A DNA stretch of 64,000 nt from the human T2T-CHM13v2.0 reference genome, Homo sapiens, in the NCBI RefSeq assembly GCF_009914755.1, contig NC_060927.1; one strand, written 5' to 3'. This document shows positions 41,948-56,359 of this stretch, piece by piece. The position numbers and the translations under genes were made by a program. Below the pieces are notes generated by a model. The model was not told where the DNA came from. It worked only from the letters and a program-made list of their open reading frames with translations, and searched no databases. How positions within the stretch are numbered: the stretch's first letter is position 1; each line of letters starts with the position of its first letter.

Positions 41948-42584
41948 ATAGTCCTGCCCCTAACGTTTTGTGGGGCATGGGCCAATATAAAAATTATAAA
42001 ATAGCTACAAACTGCCAAATATGTCCTTCTACCTTGATAAATAAATATACTTTTATAATGACCCAGAAGCCCAGGTTTGAATTTGGAATCCTCTGACCCT
42101 TGGACTCCTGCATCCGACCTTGGCTGAAGAGCAGAAGGCCCCTCCCTTGTTGCCTGATCAGTTTCCTTTTCATCCCCAGCTCAGTGCTGCACCACGGGGA
42201 ATCCTGTGCTCCACCTCTAGGTAGTCATACTTCTAAGCCCTGTCATCACCACCTCTCAGCCCCAAAAGTCTGTGTCTGAGCCAACCTGCTGGTCTAGGGA
42301 CGCACACTAGTAATGCATTTGACTTTCAGAGGAAAAGACCAGGAGAGAGGCCTGCATAGACTTTGGACTGGACTCAGGACCATTAGGGCAAGATATCTCA
42401 GAGTTTTTGATACGTAAGGAATAGCCTAGAAAAGGTATTGTAAACTGCGGGTGAACACATCCACTGGGCCCCCTAGAATCCTTGTCCCCTGAGGAGAAAT
42501 ACAGGATGGCAGAGAGCTATAGTGAGGCTTTCTGACGTACAGGACCCAGGGGCCCACCTTGCCTAGATGTAGGGGTGGTAATGA
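41948..42584 (+). mobile_element. MER115 (hAT-Tip100/Zaphod family) DNA transposon
   Basis: Left end 'agtcctgcccctaacgttttgtggggc'; internal 'cttctaccttgataaat...ataatgacccagaagcccaggtttgaattt'; GC-richer interior; right end 'aggggtggtaatg'. Confidence 0.75.
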
Positions 42585-42916
42585 TCATACATTAAGCATT
42601 TGATGATATTTCAGAGATGTCAATTAAATAATGGCTGAAATATATCAGTGATACTAATAAGTTTAATACATTGATTTTCAATTATATATGCTTTAGGAAA
42701 AAGTAAAGCTGTATTTTAAACCAATGCGTTATTCGGTATATTAATTTTGTTTTAAAAGTGAGGTTCTCAAAACGTTATTTCCGTGTGTTGTGGTATTATT
42801 TCCTTCTTGACATATTTATAGGGAATTTAGTTATTGAGAAATGTAGGTTATGTATGTGAAAGACACAAAGCATACCAAATAATTTAGACACAGACGTAAG
42901 TATAGCCATGAGTGTC

Positions 42917-43285
42917 TGTGTTAGTCAGGAAAGTCTAGGTTTTGTTATGGCAGCAATCACACTAATTTAGTGATTTAAAAATACCGAGGTTTATTTCTCA
43001 TTTGCGCTGTATCTATCATGAGTCAGCCCAGGGCTCTGTTCTGCAACATGGTCCTTCTAACACTGGAGTTCAGCCAGACCTAGCAGTCACCCTTTTGTTC
43101 TTAGAAGTTGTAGTAAAGAGGGAAAAGAGAACAATGGCAAATCTTGCATTACCCATTATGTGCTCAGTCCAGAAGAAATACTTGCTCCTCTGACCATAAC
43201 TCATTGACAAAAAACAGTCAAAACGATCCTGTGTTCTAGAGGGAGATAGAACCAGAATATTTGTTGATCAAAACTAATGATTAAT
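42917..43285 (-). mobile_element. Old MaLR LTR (MLT1J/K-like)
   Basis: 'tgtgttagtcaggaaagtctaggttttg...aggtttatttctcat'. Confidence 0.55.
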
Positions 43286-43340
43286 CTTGTACAGTATACA
43301 CATGTATGTATCTAGGAAAGCATAAGAAACATCAAGAACC

Positions 43341-43646
<306 letters not shown>

Positions 43647-45274
43647 AATCAAGAACCATATGCGCCAAATTGTTCATACAGTTTCCTTAAGGGTGGAGTG
43701 CAGGTTACAGCTACATTTTAAAAACTTGGTGTATGCTTTTCAGTACTTTTGTAATATTTGTTAAATTAAGGCTATAAAATAGTCTTTAAAGGTATAAATA
43801 CTAATGCAATACCCATATATTGAAAATTAAAACCTACTGTTCATCTAATATTAGTTGTACTTTCATATATGACAAAATGGTGATGGACATATCTTTAATT
43901 AAGTTTGAGATTCAGTAGACACAATTACTTATGGATTTTTCAAAAATTCAATGAGTGAATATTTATATATTCAGATACTGTAAGAAAATTAAAATAAGCA
44001 TACCAAAAGATACAGTAGATGATATTAGACTTATATACAATGGAAAAGGACCAGTAAGGTATTCAGTTTGTCCTTCCTTAATTCTATGGGACATTTTAGA
44101 TTCCGGAAATTCACTACTGCCGTGTTTAACATTTCATTTAGTATTCTATTGTAAGCTGTATTTCCACTCACATTTAAAAAAAAATCTTTACATAGATTTC
44201 CCAGGATTTATGCATTTCTTTATAACTTGACTGTCTTGCATAGTCTAATTTTTCAGCATTTAAATATCTAAAATAAGTTTTAAATGCAACGTTTCTGAAT
44301 TATTTTCTATTGTTACGTACTAAAAGCAAGTCATATTGTTTAGAAGTAATTTAATTTCCTAGGACTTGGTTTATGAATACTTGGTAAGTCTATGCCTGCA
44401 ACAACCACTGAATGCCCCACAGCACACGAGTACAATGTCTTTGATAGCATGGGTTTTGTTAAATTAATGAAACCTTAATAATTAAATTTTTAATTGCATC
44501 GGGAAATTTTTCATTAACTGAGAATCTTTTAACAATAAAGTTCCTTTTTACCTGGCACACTTTGGAGGCAATGCATACTTTTGGAGGTATCTAATTCAGG
44601 CTGAGGAGTCTCAAAGCATAAGAAGACCCAGTCAAGTACCATGCGAGAGTAAACTGGGTAAGAAAGAAGGGAAACAGTCCATAAGAAAACAGATTTCTGT
44701 GGTGACCTGGGAGTGCATGCTTCTCTTAAAGGTATTCCAGTTAGAACAATTTTAAAGCATTATTCCAGTGAAACTAAATACTCTCATTGGCAAGATTTGA
44801 GTGTCTGTCTATGAGTTTGAGACTCTAGAACTCAGATTCTTGTTTATTACACATATTTATTTATTATTCAATATTAGTCTACACAGGCAAGAAGATCCAT
44901 AATTGGTCATATTCTAAATTGTGCAAACAGAAAAGACATAAAATCAAGAGATGCAAAATTCCTAGGAGAAAAATAGTATTAATTTTGTGATGGGTACATA
45001 GTTTTGTTAACCTCATTTTGGTCATCTTTTGGGTTTAAACAATTCACAATAATATTTCACAGATATCTCACTTTAGATGCTTTATGGCTAAAAACCAACA
45101 GTGGGCTTGGTAATTTGTTTCTGGTGAGAGTGAGAGAAAAATCAGTGTGTAAGTTGTTTTCAGTTCAGGGAGAAGTAGGACAATAAACCAAGTCAAAACA
45201 TGAAGAAACAGAAGTCACCAATGAAACACAGACTATTAAAGCTACCACCTGTTGCAAACTTGTTTCCTTAAATC

Positions 45275-45366
45275 CAACTAGGATTTAGGGTTTAAATTAT
45301 AATATTAAATTGGTTTTAATGATGGTTTATAACAGTGTCTTTTGAAAACACTCATTTTTTGTTGTT
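45275..45366 (+). repeat. Dispersed 92-bp direct repeat, copy 1
   Basis: Ungapped match to 47889-47980, 81/92 identical by hand count. Confidence 0.9.
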
Positions 45367-45959
45367 TTGCTAATGCATAAAAGCATCAAAGCTCATTAGT
45401 TTCATATTGCTTGGCTCCAGTCAGCCAAGGGGTTAAAAGAAAAATAGAAGCTGAAAGGACTTCTTTTGCCCGGGAACCTTATCATCATTCTTATCTCTTA
45501 CCTGTTCTTATGAGGTAAGATATGCACTGAGCATATTGGCTGCTTATGCTTGTTACTGGAATCGATCTACTATGGTGATAATGAGTCATCATGAAATAGC
45601 AGCCCAGTTACTGAAGGAGGTAAGGTTAGAGACCAGAACCTGACTGGCAACAAGGCTGTCTGGATGCCTCCCGACACACTCAGCAACAGCTCTTTACGCT
45701 TTCCCAGAGTACGGACAGTAGTGTTCCAAGTCTGGAGTGGCAGAGGCCAAGGCTGATCACTAAGTGGGTCACAATGAGCAATAGGAAACTGAGGGCATAG
45801 AGCAATACTTGTAATTTTACTTTTGAACCTGATGTTTGTTAAAATCTACAGAGTATTGGGTTTCTGTTTTCAGGAAGCTTTAAAAAGCAAACTAAATACA
45901 GATCAGGAAATTCATGGACATACTTCTATGACTGCTTCATAATAATGTATGGGGTATGT

Positions 45960-46190
45960 AATATGTGCTAACCACTGTGTTGAGTGTTTTTATTCTGCAG
46001 TTTTTTTGTTTTGCTTTTAGTTAGTTCATGTAATTATTACACTAACTCAGTGAGGTAAGTATTGTACTTGGATTTCCAGATAAGGATACCAAAACTTTGG
46101 GAAGGTAATATGCTTGCTTAAGAGCATATAGCTATGAAGTAATAGAAAGGGGATTTAAATCCATGTCTGTTTAACTTCCAACCCTAAGGT
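45960..46190 (-). mobile_element. MIR
   Basis: 'atatgtgctaaccactgtgttgagtgtttt...cagataaggatacc...gggatttaaatccatgtctg'. Confidence 0.65.
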
Positions 46191-46264
46191 AGCCAGTCTT
46201 TGTTAGCTATGGTTAAGCTAATTATACTCAAGATTCTTAACTACTAAGCTTGTCTAGATATTTA

Positions 46265-46495
46265 GCTCAGTGGTTAAGATTTAGGATCTAGTCAAGGCTG
46301 CCTGGACTCAGATTCTGGCTCTGCCACTGACTACCTGTGTGCTCCCTAACAAGTTATTCTACCTTTTTGAAGCTTATGTTTCTTACTGTAAAATGAGGAT
46401 AATAGTAGAATTTAATTTCTAGGGGCCTCATTAATATTAAATGAGTTAATACACGGGAAGTGCCCAGAACAAGTAGTGCCTAGGAGACATTATTC
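46265..46495 (+). mobile_element. MIR, near full length
   Basis: 'cagtggttaaga...ctgcctggactcagattctggctctgccactgactacctgtgtg...ctgtaaaatgaggataatagta'. Confidence 0.8.
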
Positions 46496-47888
46496 CTGTC
46501 ATTATCATTTCTATTATTAGTTATTGAAAACCAACAATTCTACAAATGAAGATTAAACAAAATCCTTATATATAAGTGCAACTAGTTGTGTTTTTTTCTT
46601 GAAACTTGAGGCGTTAAAATTTGATTTTTTAAAGATAAAAAAATATACAGTCTGCTAGATAACAAATTAATTGTAAAACTTCAGAACAGGTTGGTTGGGG
46701 TACAGAAAAATATAAAAGAGCAAGAAAAAATTAATAAGGAGAAAGGTAGGCATGGAGGAAGAGACAATGAGAGATATGTGTAGTAGCAGCAAGGTCGGAA
46801 ACAATGATATACTTAAAGACAAAGGGACAAATAGACATTCTAAGAGATTATATTCATCAAGCAATACAGTTAACTCATGATTTCAAATAAACTATTACTT
46901 TAAACAAGGTTGCATTTTTATAATTCTGGGCAGACATAAAAATATCCTCTCTTTGTATTTACTCAGATGGAAGCTGAAATTGTTTTCCAAAAAATGGCTC
47001 TCACGGCATCATTGGTCAACTTGACTGTGATAATGTGAAGTAAGAATAAAGAAAAGGAGTTAGGTCCCAAGTGAGCAAAAACTAAAAACAAATGAGTAGT
47101 TTTTCAGTGTTTTCTTTATGCAATGAAATATTTGTATTATTTGGGTTTACAAATTACAAAGATACATGGCTTCATAACTCGTTCTTTTGTCTTTTAAATT
47201 ATCTTCATTTTTTTCTTTATCTTTGGGAGCAAAGTGCTGATGAGTTAGTGTGATGTAAGAATAGAAGAGTTAAGAGAAGGAGAAGAATGGCACCAAACAC
47301 TAGCTTTATGTTCTCAAATTTGGTGCTTAGGCCACTGATAATTGCTATTCTTTTGAAAATATATATGTAAATTATTTTCATTTTTTAAATTATAATAAGC
47401 CTATGTTCTGTACAGATATTTTCTAGCTTATTTCACTGTTTACTATATGATTGACTTTGGACAATTATTTAAACTTTGTATATTCTTCATTTTTAAGTTG
47501 AAATTAATGATAGTACAGGGTCCTTGTGGGAATTAAGTAGGCTAAGATATGCAAAATGTTTAGAATACAGCCTTATACCCATCTGTACTCAACAAAGGTT
47601 AATTATAAGCATAGCTGTTACATGTATGATTACATTCCTTAGCTTACTTTCTATAAAACAAATCACATATGTACCCTATATTGTAGGGTGCATTGTTATG
47701 CCTGGAAGATATTTAAAGTGATATATGGCTTTATTACTAAAGAGTTATGCTTTTTATGGCTGGTTACATCCTAACAAAGTAGAGATAGCTCAAGGATACT
47801 AAGAAAAAGGAGAAAGATGAAGGGAAAAGTAGATTAAGAAAGAGGAAAAATAAATGTTTGAATGCAAAGTGTAATAGAAATACATTTG

Positions 47889-47980
47889 CAACTAGAATTT
47901 GAGGTTTAAATTATAACATTAAATTGGTTGTCATGATGGTATATAACAGCGTCTTTTGAAAACATTTATTTTTTATTGTT
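47889..47980 (+). repeat. Dispersed 92-bp direct repeat, copy 2
   Basis: Ungapped match to 45275-45366. Confidence 0.9.
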
Positions 47981-48249
47981 GTTATATTGTCACCTCAGCT
48001 GAGAAAGTCTTGGAATTGGAAATGGGCTCTGAAATACATTTGGTGTTCAAAATGTATTTCCATCATTGGTAGCTACGATTCTGGTTAACCTCTCTGCTTC
48101 TTGATTTTCTCATCTAAAGTTGGGGCCACTACTATGTCTACTGCAAAAGTCTTTGGAGGGTTAATTGGGTAATGCAGATAAAGGGCTTAGAACTGTGCTT
48201 GACACCATATTTGCCTTCCTTAAGTGTAACTATTATTATATTGGATTAA

Positions 48250-48970
48250 TTCTTAGGCTAGGAGAAATGGTGATGAAAAAGGCACTGTTCTTGGTCTCAT
48301 GCAGATCAGAAGTCAATTGAAGAAGACCTAAAGAGTGAACAGGCTCTTATGATACAGCTTGAAAATTGTCCTGAAGCTGCTAGAGGTACATACAGGTTGC
48401 TGCTAGAGCAGCAAGTTAAGGGGAACCCATTTATTTTAGAGAATGAACTATGCCTTTCTGGAGCAAGTGATCTCTAAACTGGATCCTAGGAGAATGAGAT
48501 TTAACTTGAAAAGGGAGTGGGGAAGAGTACATCAAAGCTTGAGGGAACTGCAGGTGCCCAGAATGTTTTGGGAAAATTCAAGTACTCTATAGTATTACAG
48601 GAGAAAAATGTATGGGTCAGATGAAGAGACTGAAGCAACTGGTAGAAGAAAAGGAGGTAAATGAGCAGGGTAAAATGAGAAGGGTTTTGTCCTGAGTGTT
48701 AGGGAGGTTAGACTTTCAGGGATTCTTCAGAGTAATCGCAGGAGAATAAACACAAGAGCTTAGATCTTTAGAAGAGTTCTCTTCTCTGCCTTTTGATATA
48801 ACATAAAGAGCAGATGGAAGGAGGCAAAGTTTCCAGGAAGGCAACCGCTTTGGAGGTACGTACTGAAATTGTTAGAAAGTGGTTGTAGCCCCTCAAAAAA
48901 GGCATGAAAGGTGGGGGAGAGAGAGAAGTGGATGGACTCTATTGTATTTTGGTGGAATCAGTAAGACAAT
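48250..48970 (-). mobile_element. L2 fragment
   Basis: Purine-rich antisense L2 motifs such as 'ggagcaagtgatctctaaactgga' and 'gagagaagtggatggact'. Confidence 0.5.
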
Positions 48971-51620
48971 GTTTTTTCACTTCTTAAAATGGGATTACAG
49001 GTCTTGGCTTAAATGATTATTTCATAGTCTTTTCACTTGTTTTCCTGAGTAAAGATCTGAACACTGTGCCTTGTTTTTGTCCAGTAAGAATATATGTTAC
49101 TCATGTTCCATGGCCTTTAAACACTTTCATGTCCAATTCTACAATTATCATGTGGAATATTTCCACTTGAAATGCATTGTTAAGTCTGTGGCTTCAATAG
49201 TAAGAGAATAGTAAGCAACATAAATATGCCACTTCTTTTTTCCTTGTTCCATAAGTGATGGGTGATTTTCTTGGCGTGATTCTTCTCTCTTATTAAGAGC
49301 TTTAATGTTTAGGATTCTTGTTTTGCACTATTACAGAATCAAGGTAGCGAAAAGGGACTAGTGAGCTATTTCTATGTATCAGGAGGAAGGTTCTGTATCC
49401 CTTTTATTACAAACACGTTTTTCTTTTATTTTCTCTTCATTTTCTGTCCATTGAATGGTGTATAGAACTTATTATGCTAGCTGATATCACAATGCTGGGA
49501 AAATTAATTTACTTAAATAAATAGCATCAATTTTTAAGCTATTTTCCAGATAGCATCCTGTCTGGTTTCGCAGATAGTTCATTAGTTGGCAAGTATAAAC
49601 AGTCACAAACTGCTTTAGTTGATAGTTTAAATTTAAAAATAAAATCCTTGTCCTGTTTATACTGTTTTTTGTGTCACAACATTATGAAAACAGGATTTCA
49701 GAGTTTTGAAAAAAAAATTTCATTATTTAGATTTTGATTAATGTATTTCAATTCTTCCTGAACAAAAATATTTAAATAAGATAGAAGAGTTGTATTTTAA
49801 ATTATTTGGATGATATTAAAAATACCTAATGCATAAATATGCTTACAATAACCAGAAATATTCATAAGACAATTCTACCATTCATACAAAAAACTTTGAA
49901 TTATTTCACGAAATAAAATTGAGCAAATCTGCCACTTTATTGCTTTCCTGTCAAAGCTGGCTGTATGTAAGAGCTGGTGGAGACAGTGAATTTGCACGTT
50001 CAGGAAAGCGATTTGAAGGAATTAATCTTTACAAGCATTTCTAATCTGTGAATTTAAACTATTTCTCTATTTTTGGAAAGATGGGTCACAGATTTTGTAG
50101 ATATATTCATTTTACTTAGACAAATGAGTGCTTGTCAATAGGGTAGTGTTTGTGTGTGTGTATATATACACATAAAATATACCACCTATACATTGTGTTA
50201 GAATTTCAATTTGAAACACCATGTATATAATCTTTAAGAATGTAACTCTCTTAAACTTCAGTCCCTTTTATAGCAGACTAAGTGCTGCTAATATACAGGA
50301 AGCAAGAGGCAGCAGGGTCTTCACCTCAAAAAGACCTTCGGATTGCACCCCTTTGGAGCTCATCAGAGCCCATTCAGGTTTATCCTGAGGGGTCAGTTGA
50401 TGCACTGCCTGATACTACTTCTTCCCGGGGGCTGAATGCACAGCTTCAGCGAGACACCCAACTCCTGCTGACTTGAGAAAAGTGTTATTTTAATGATGAT
50501 TATAATGAGTTTTAGTGTTGCTGGGAGCCAAATGTATCCTTAAGTCTAAAAGAGAAAGCTGCATAATGTAGCTTAGATTATTATTTGATATGTTGGCCTT
50601 TTAATTAGGATTTTTCCCTTCTTGATATTCATTTATTGCCTATTGTTCCAAGGTGAATATTTGTCGTGTATCTTGATGAAGATATCGTAGCAACTGAAAC
50701 ACGTTGAATGCACTGAAGGGGTGGGGGGTCTGCCTCATACCGTTTATCCTGACACATTAATCAATGAAACTATAGCTTTGATCCTAGCACCTGAATTCAT
50801 TTCTAGCATTTGATTTCCTCTCCAGCAGTCATTACAAGTTACTTTTTATTAAGTGACTCTAGCTTTAGAAGATGGCTTTTAGCCACTTTTAAGCCCATCC
50901 TTGCACTGCATTGTCATGAGAAGTTGATTAAGGAAACATCTAATAAAAGAAGCTTCAGCCAATTTGGTATGGTGATGCCATAGCAATCCTTAGAGTCAGT
51001 GGACTTTGAGAGTGAACTTTTTTGTCTTTAGTAAAAGTTGATGTGATCTGTTCTAAAATGGTTGTGTTTTATTTATTCTGTTGCCAGATTTTAATATGAT
51101 TGAAAATTTTTTGAAAAAATGTTAGTTTTTATTTTTAAGCTGTTAAGATCTCTTCAGGAAGGTACATTGACTTGGTGCATGTCCATTTTTTACAAAAGAA
51201 ATGTATATCAAACCAGTTAATATTGGGAGTGCATAAAAGGTTGGAAACTAAAGGTGTTGATCCAGCTTGATTGTAACAGTTCTTCAGCAATGGGAGTCAA
51301 ACTGTTTTAGCCATGATCCATGGCTAATAACCTATGTTACCTGTGCTTGTAGGTTAAAAGTAGAGCAAAAATTTCACAAAATGATAACCTCAGTACAGGC
51401 AATGAATTGTATTTTCTTTTTTATTATAATTGATGACAATTTATTGAATATCTACTGTGTATGGAATATATATAATCTTAGATGCTAGCAAGATAAGAGT
51501 GAGTAATGCTTTCAATCTGTATGTGGCAATTTACAGTTATGTGAGTCCTGCAAGCATCAGGAGCCACAAAGTGGTTTAAGAAGTGGTTTATAAACTCTGG
51601 CCCTCAGGAGACAATTAAAG

Positions 51621-51701
51621 ATATCAAAATATCTCACGTACCCCATAAATATATAAACCTACTATGTACCCCCAAAAATTAAAAATAAAATGAAAATAAA
51701 A
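51621..51701 (+). mobile_element. Heavily 5'-truncated L1 (L1PA15-16/L1PB-like) 3' end
   Basis: 'atatcaaaatatctcacgtaccccataaatatata...ctatgtacccccaaaaattaaaaataaaa'. Confidence 0.75.
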
Positions 51702-51824
51702 TGTGCATGATGTAGGTACAAGGGTAAGGGTGCTTATTAGTGATGTAGGTACAAGGGTAAGAGTGTTACAAATTAGAACATTTTCAAACATTTGAGAATG
51801 TTAGAACTTCACTCTACATATTTT

Positions 51825-52285
51825 TTAGTGTTTTTTATTGACATTAAACAACTATACATATATACGGGGCACATGTCATATTCTGATACTTAAATACTAT
51901 GTGTAGCGATCAAATTAGGGTATTTCGTATATCCATCACCTCAAACGTTTGTTATTTCCTTGTGTTGGGAACATTTTGCCTCTTCTCTTCTAGCTATTTT
52001 GAAATATACAATAAATTATTGTTAACTATAATGACTCTATTGTGTTATCAAACACTAGAACTTCCTTCTTCTCTCTAACTATATGTTTGTACCCATTAAC
52101 CAACCTTTCTTCATCCACTGCCCCCAACCTACCCTTCTGGTAACCATCATTCTACTCCCTACCTCCATGAAATATCAATCTTTTTAGTTCCCAAATATGA
52201 GTGAGAACATACAACATTTTTCTTTTTGTTTCTGGCTTATTTCACTTAACATAATGACCTCCAGTTCCATCCATGTTGCTGAAAA
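51825..52285 (-). mobile_element. L1MA-like 3' fragment
   Basis: 'ctagctattttgaaatatacaataaattattgttaactata...ctggcttatttcacttaacataatgacctccagttccatccatgttgctg'. Confidence 0.85.
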
Positions 52286-53594
52286 AAATGCCAGTCACAA
52301 ATTAGTAAATCGATTTTATAATCCATAAATGAGTTTCAGTTTGTAAAACACTGCTCACAGCCACAAATTATAATCCTTAGAAGGTAGGTAGGCACACTAT
52401 AAATTTTGAAAAGTTTCACTCAACTGTAAAAATCTATGACTGACTAAAAAATGCAACAGATTATGATTCTTAAGTGTCATATGACAAATTCTGGTTATGA
52501 ATATCCTGAGTTAGGCCAATAGATGCATCATCTACTTGTGTGATCCTATTCAATATATGGCTTTATCTGATGCAAATTGTTTCAAAATAAGTGGTAACAT
52601 GTAATAACTTTTTAAAGAACATTTAAAAATAATTACCAAAAATGTTTATAAACATACCAGAAACTTTCCTGTTTTTAAACAATAATGTGTAGGTTTTATG
52701 ATTGGTGAACTGAATGTGAAAAATTTTCTTGAATCACTAAATAAAATAGTTTCTTATATTGCTGAGCTATAGTTGAAAGGAACTAACATAATGAAATCCA
52801 CTTTTCATACCACTGCCATTTTCCTTGCCCCCAAAGTAAATCAGACTGACATGGAGGCTTTCTGAGGACAGGCACCATTCATGTTGTTCAGCCATATTGA
52901 TCCATTGTTTCCTCAAAGCAAAGCACTATTCCAGGCCCAGTCCCTTGCCACTTGTTAGATATGTTATTGATTCTATGAATATAAATGAATGGATGGATGG
53001 ATCAATCAGTTAGTGTTAGTAAGACTTGCTCTAGGTAACTGAAAAATGGCAAAAATTTATTTCGATCTCTGATTTTCCTCTCTTTTTGTCTTTCCTGGAC
53101 TTAGTTTCCTTAGTCAGTAAATGTGCATAGTCTGATACTTATTTTCCTTAAACTCCTTTTTGTGAGTACCTTCTTTCCTGCCCTAAGCTCTAGACCTTCC
53201 TTTTGTCAATTTTTTTTAAACAAAAGTGACCGTCCCAGTATCTGGTCCTCAGACATCATTTAGTTACGCACAAACTAATCTGTGTAAAGGAATGAAGAAA
53301 TCTCTTTAATGGCTTATAGTGTAACTGCTTCCAAGGGGACTTACATCACAATTAGACCCTACTGGGAGAAGGCGTCGTGTTGCATAGTGGAATTAAGGGC
53401 ACTGTTAAAAAGATTTGGGAAATCTATTGGTAGATATTTTGTCAGTGTCCCACAAAAAACCTCGTATAGTTGATGTTTGAACTTTTCTCAGAAAATACTG
53501 ACACTGTGCTGGAGACAGAAGTTATTAAGGAATCCTGAAAATGTCAAAGTGTTTATGTGTATAGTATACATATTTTTCTTTCTACAGTCTAGGA

Positions 53595-54065
<471 letters not shown>

Positions 54066-56039
54066 AGTCCCAAATTTTAAATATTTCGAGGCGGGGGGTG
54101 CCGGCGGGGTGAGAATTGTCTGTGATAACTTAGTTGTTTGAAACTTGTTTAAAAATAAGTTTCATTTTTCCCTTATTCAAGTGACCGGAAGGTCAGTTAT
54201 TTTTTGTCCTGTATTATAAATGGTTATTGATACTGTGTGACATGAAAACAAAGTTTAACCAATAGAACCTTATAGAGAATTCTAGGCAGAGCAACTTCCA
54301 GTATATCACACATTATTTGCTTAGGAAGGACAAAATATATTAAATGAGAAGGTGGGAGTGGATATTTCAATTCTGTTTCAGCTCTATAAACAACATATCT
54401 TTCATTATACCATACCTTATTAGTAAGTGAATTCCACTGAGGAGAAAACACAACAAAACTAAACATTTTATTTGTATTGCTATGTGAATACATTTTATAT
54501 ATTCCAGATCTTAACTCTCCATTTGAATCTCCCTACTAGCAGAAGTAAATGAGAGTTTAATATATTCTTTAGACCAATATTATTGGATGCCTATGAAGGC
54601 ATAGTGCAAAGATCTGGGGATGAAGTAATGAAACAAGAACGTGATACCTGCACTTGCGTGTCTGCTGATAATTTTTAAGGATAAACTTATTTGTAAAATT
54701 AATTTTTAAGGTATCTACGTAGAGCTATGATGAGGAGAAGTAAAGAGTATGGAGAGGAAGACTACCGTGGTCTTGAAGAATGAATAAGAGGTAGCTGATC
54801 AGGCAAAAAGTCAGGTAGAAGCTTTTAGGCAGAAAGATCAGCACAAATGAAGGCTCTGCTTTTTATTATTTAAAGACTGCGTTTTGAGTGCTCATATGCA
54901 CACAACGCTATGATCCTAGCCTGTTTTAAAAATTATTTTCCTTTTGAAAGAAGCTGCAAGCCTCAACAATGAAGCCATTATTATGTTTACAAGTTACTTA
55001 GGAGAAAGAAAAATGATAGCAATTTAACATTTTACATTATGGCTCCAGTCACCAGGTGAAAATGAGCTTGGTGTTGACTGTCCTCACCCAGGTGACCTTG
55101 TGTCCAATCAAAAAGTACATCACAAAATTTGGCATCACTTGTAATTTCTAATACGCAAAAAGATAGCCAGGCCAATCTGAATGTTTTTTGGTATATTGAC
55201 TAAGGCTCATTTAAGTGTATTTTCTAAGTAAACAAGTAAACGCTATAGATTTTGTTGCACATAGCACTTCTTTGCTTTTTGCTTTCAAATTTCTCAGGTT
55301 TGGTCACCACACTCTAAGGTAAAATGTAAACATACGATCATTTATAATAATAGTAACACTAATTATAATAATGTCTTCAGAGTGCTTACTCTGTACTAGG
55401 TATTTATGAATTATCACTTTATTTTACAACAACCCATTGGGTTTTTCAAAGACAAAATACACTATACACATTTTATGTAATTATTTATGGAGATTGTTAA
55501 AGAAGGACTGGAGATAGTAGGGAGTTTTAAAAGAAAGAAATTTTGTTTATTGCTGCTTAGAAAGCTATAAAATAATTTTTACCATCTTTGCCGCATAGTA
55601 CAGCCACTAGCACATGACTTATTCTTCACTATGCAGAACCATTTAATCATTTTAATGAATTGGGAAAGTGGCCCCCATTTGGCCAGGAAAAAGAACCAAG
55701 TATGCTTTGATGCTGAGAAGGAAGTTGGTGTGACATGATGGGCAACATGAATATCTGCTCGTAAAAAAAAAAAAGGGACCCCAGTGGAACGGAGTTACGT
55801 ATTCAATTATAAGGGTTTTCAAGTACTTCTCTATTTCATGTGTCTGCTACAAAATTGTAAGTGCCTTAGAATGGAGAAACACCTTACATGATGACACCTC
55901 TGAGGAATTAGTAAAATAACAGAATTGATTGTAAAAGAGCTCCAAAGTTGGTGTCCACACAATGGGTTGATAGCCTTTGCTGTCTCAGTAACAAGTTCTT
56001 CAGTAGCCTTGTGTAAGTCATTAACTTGTATCACATATT

Positions 56040-56359
<320 letters not shown>

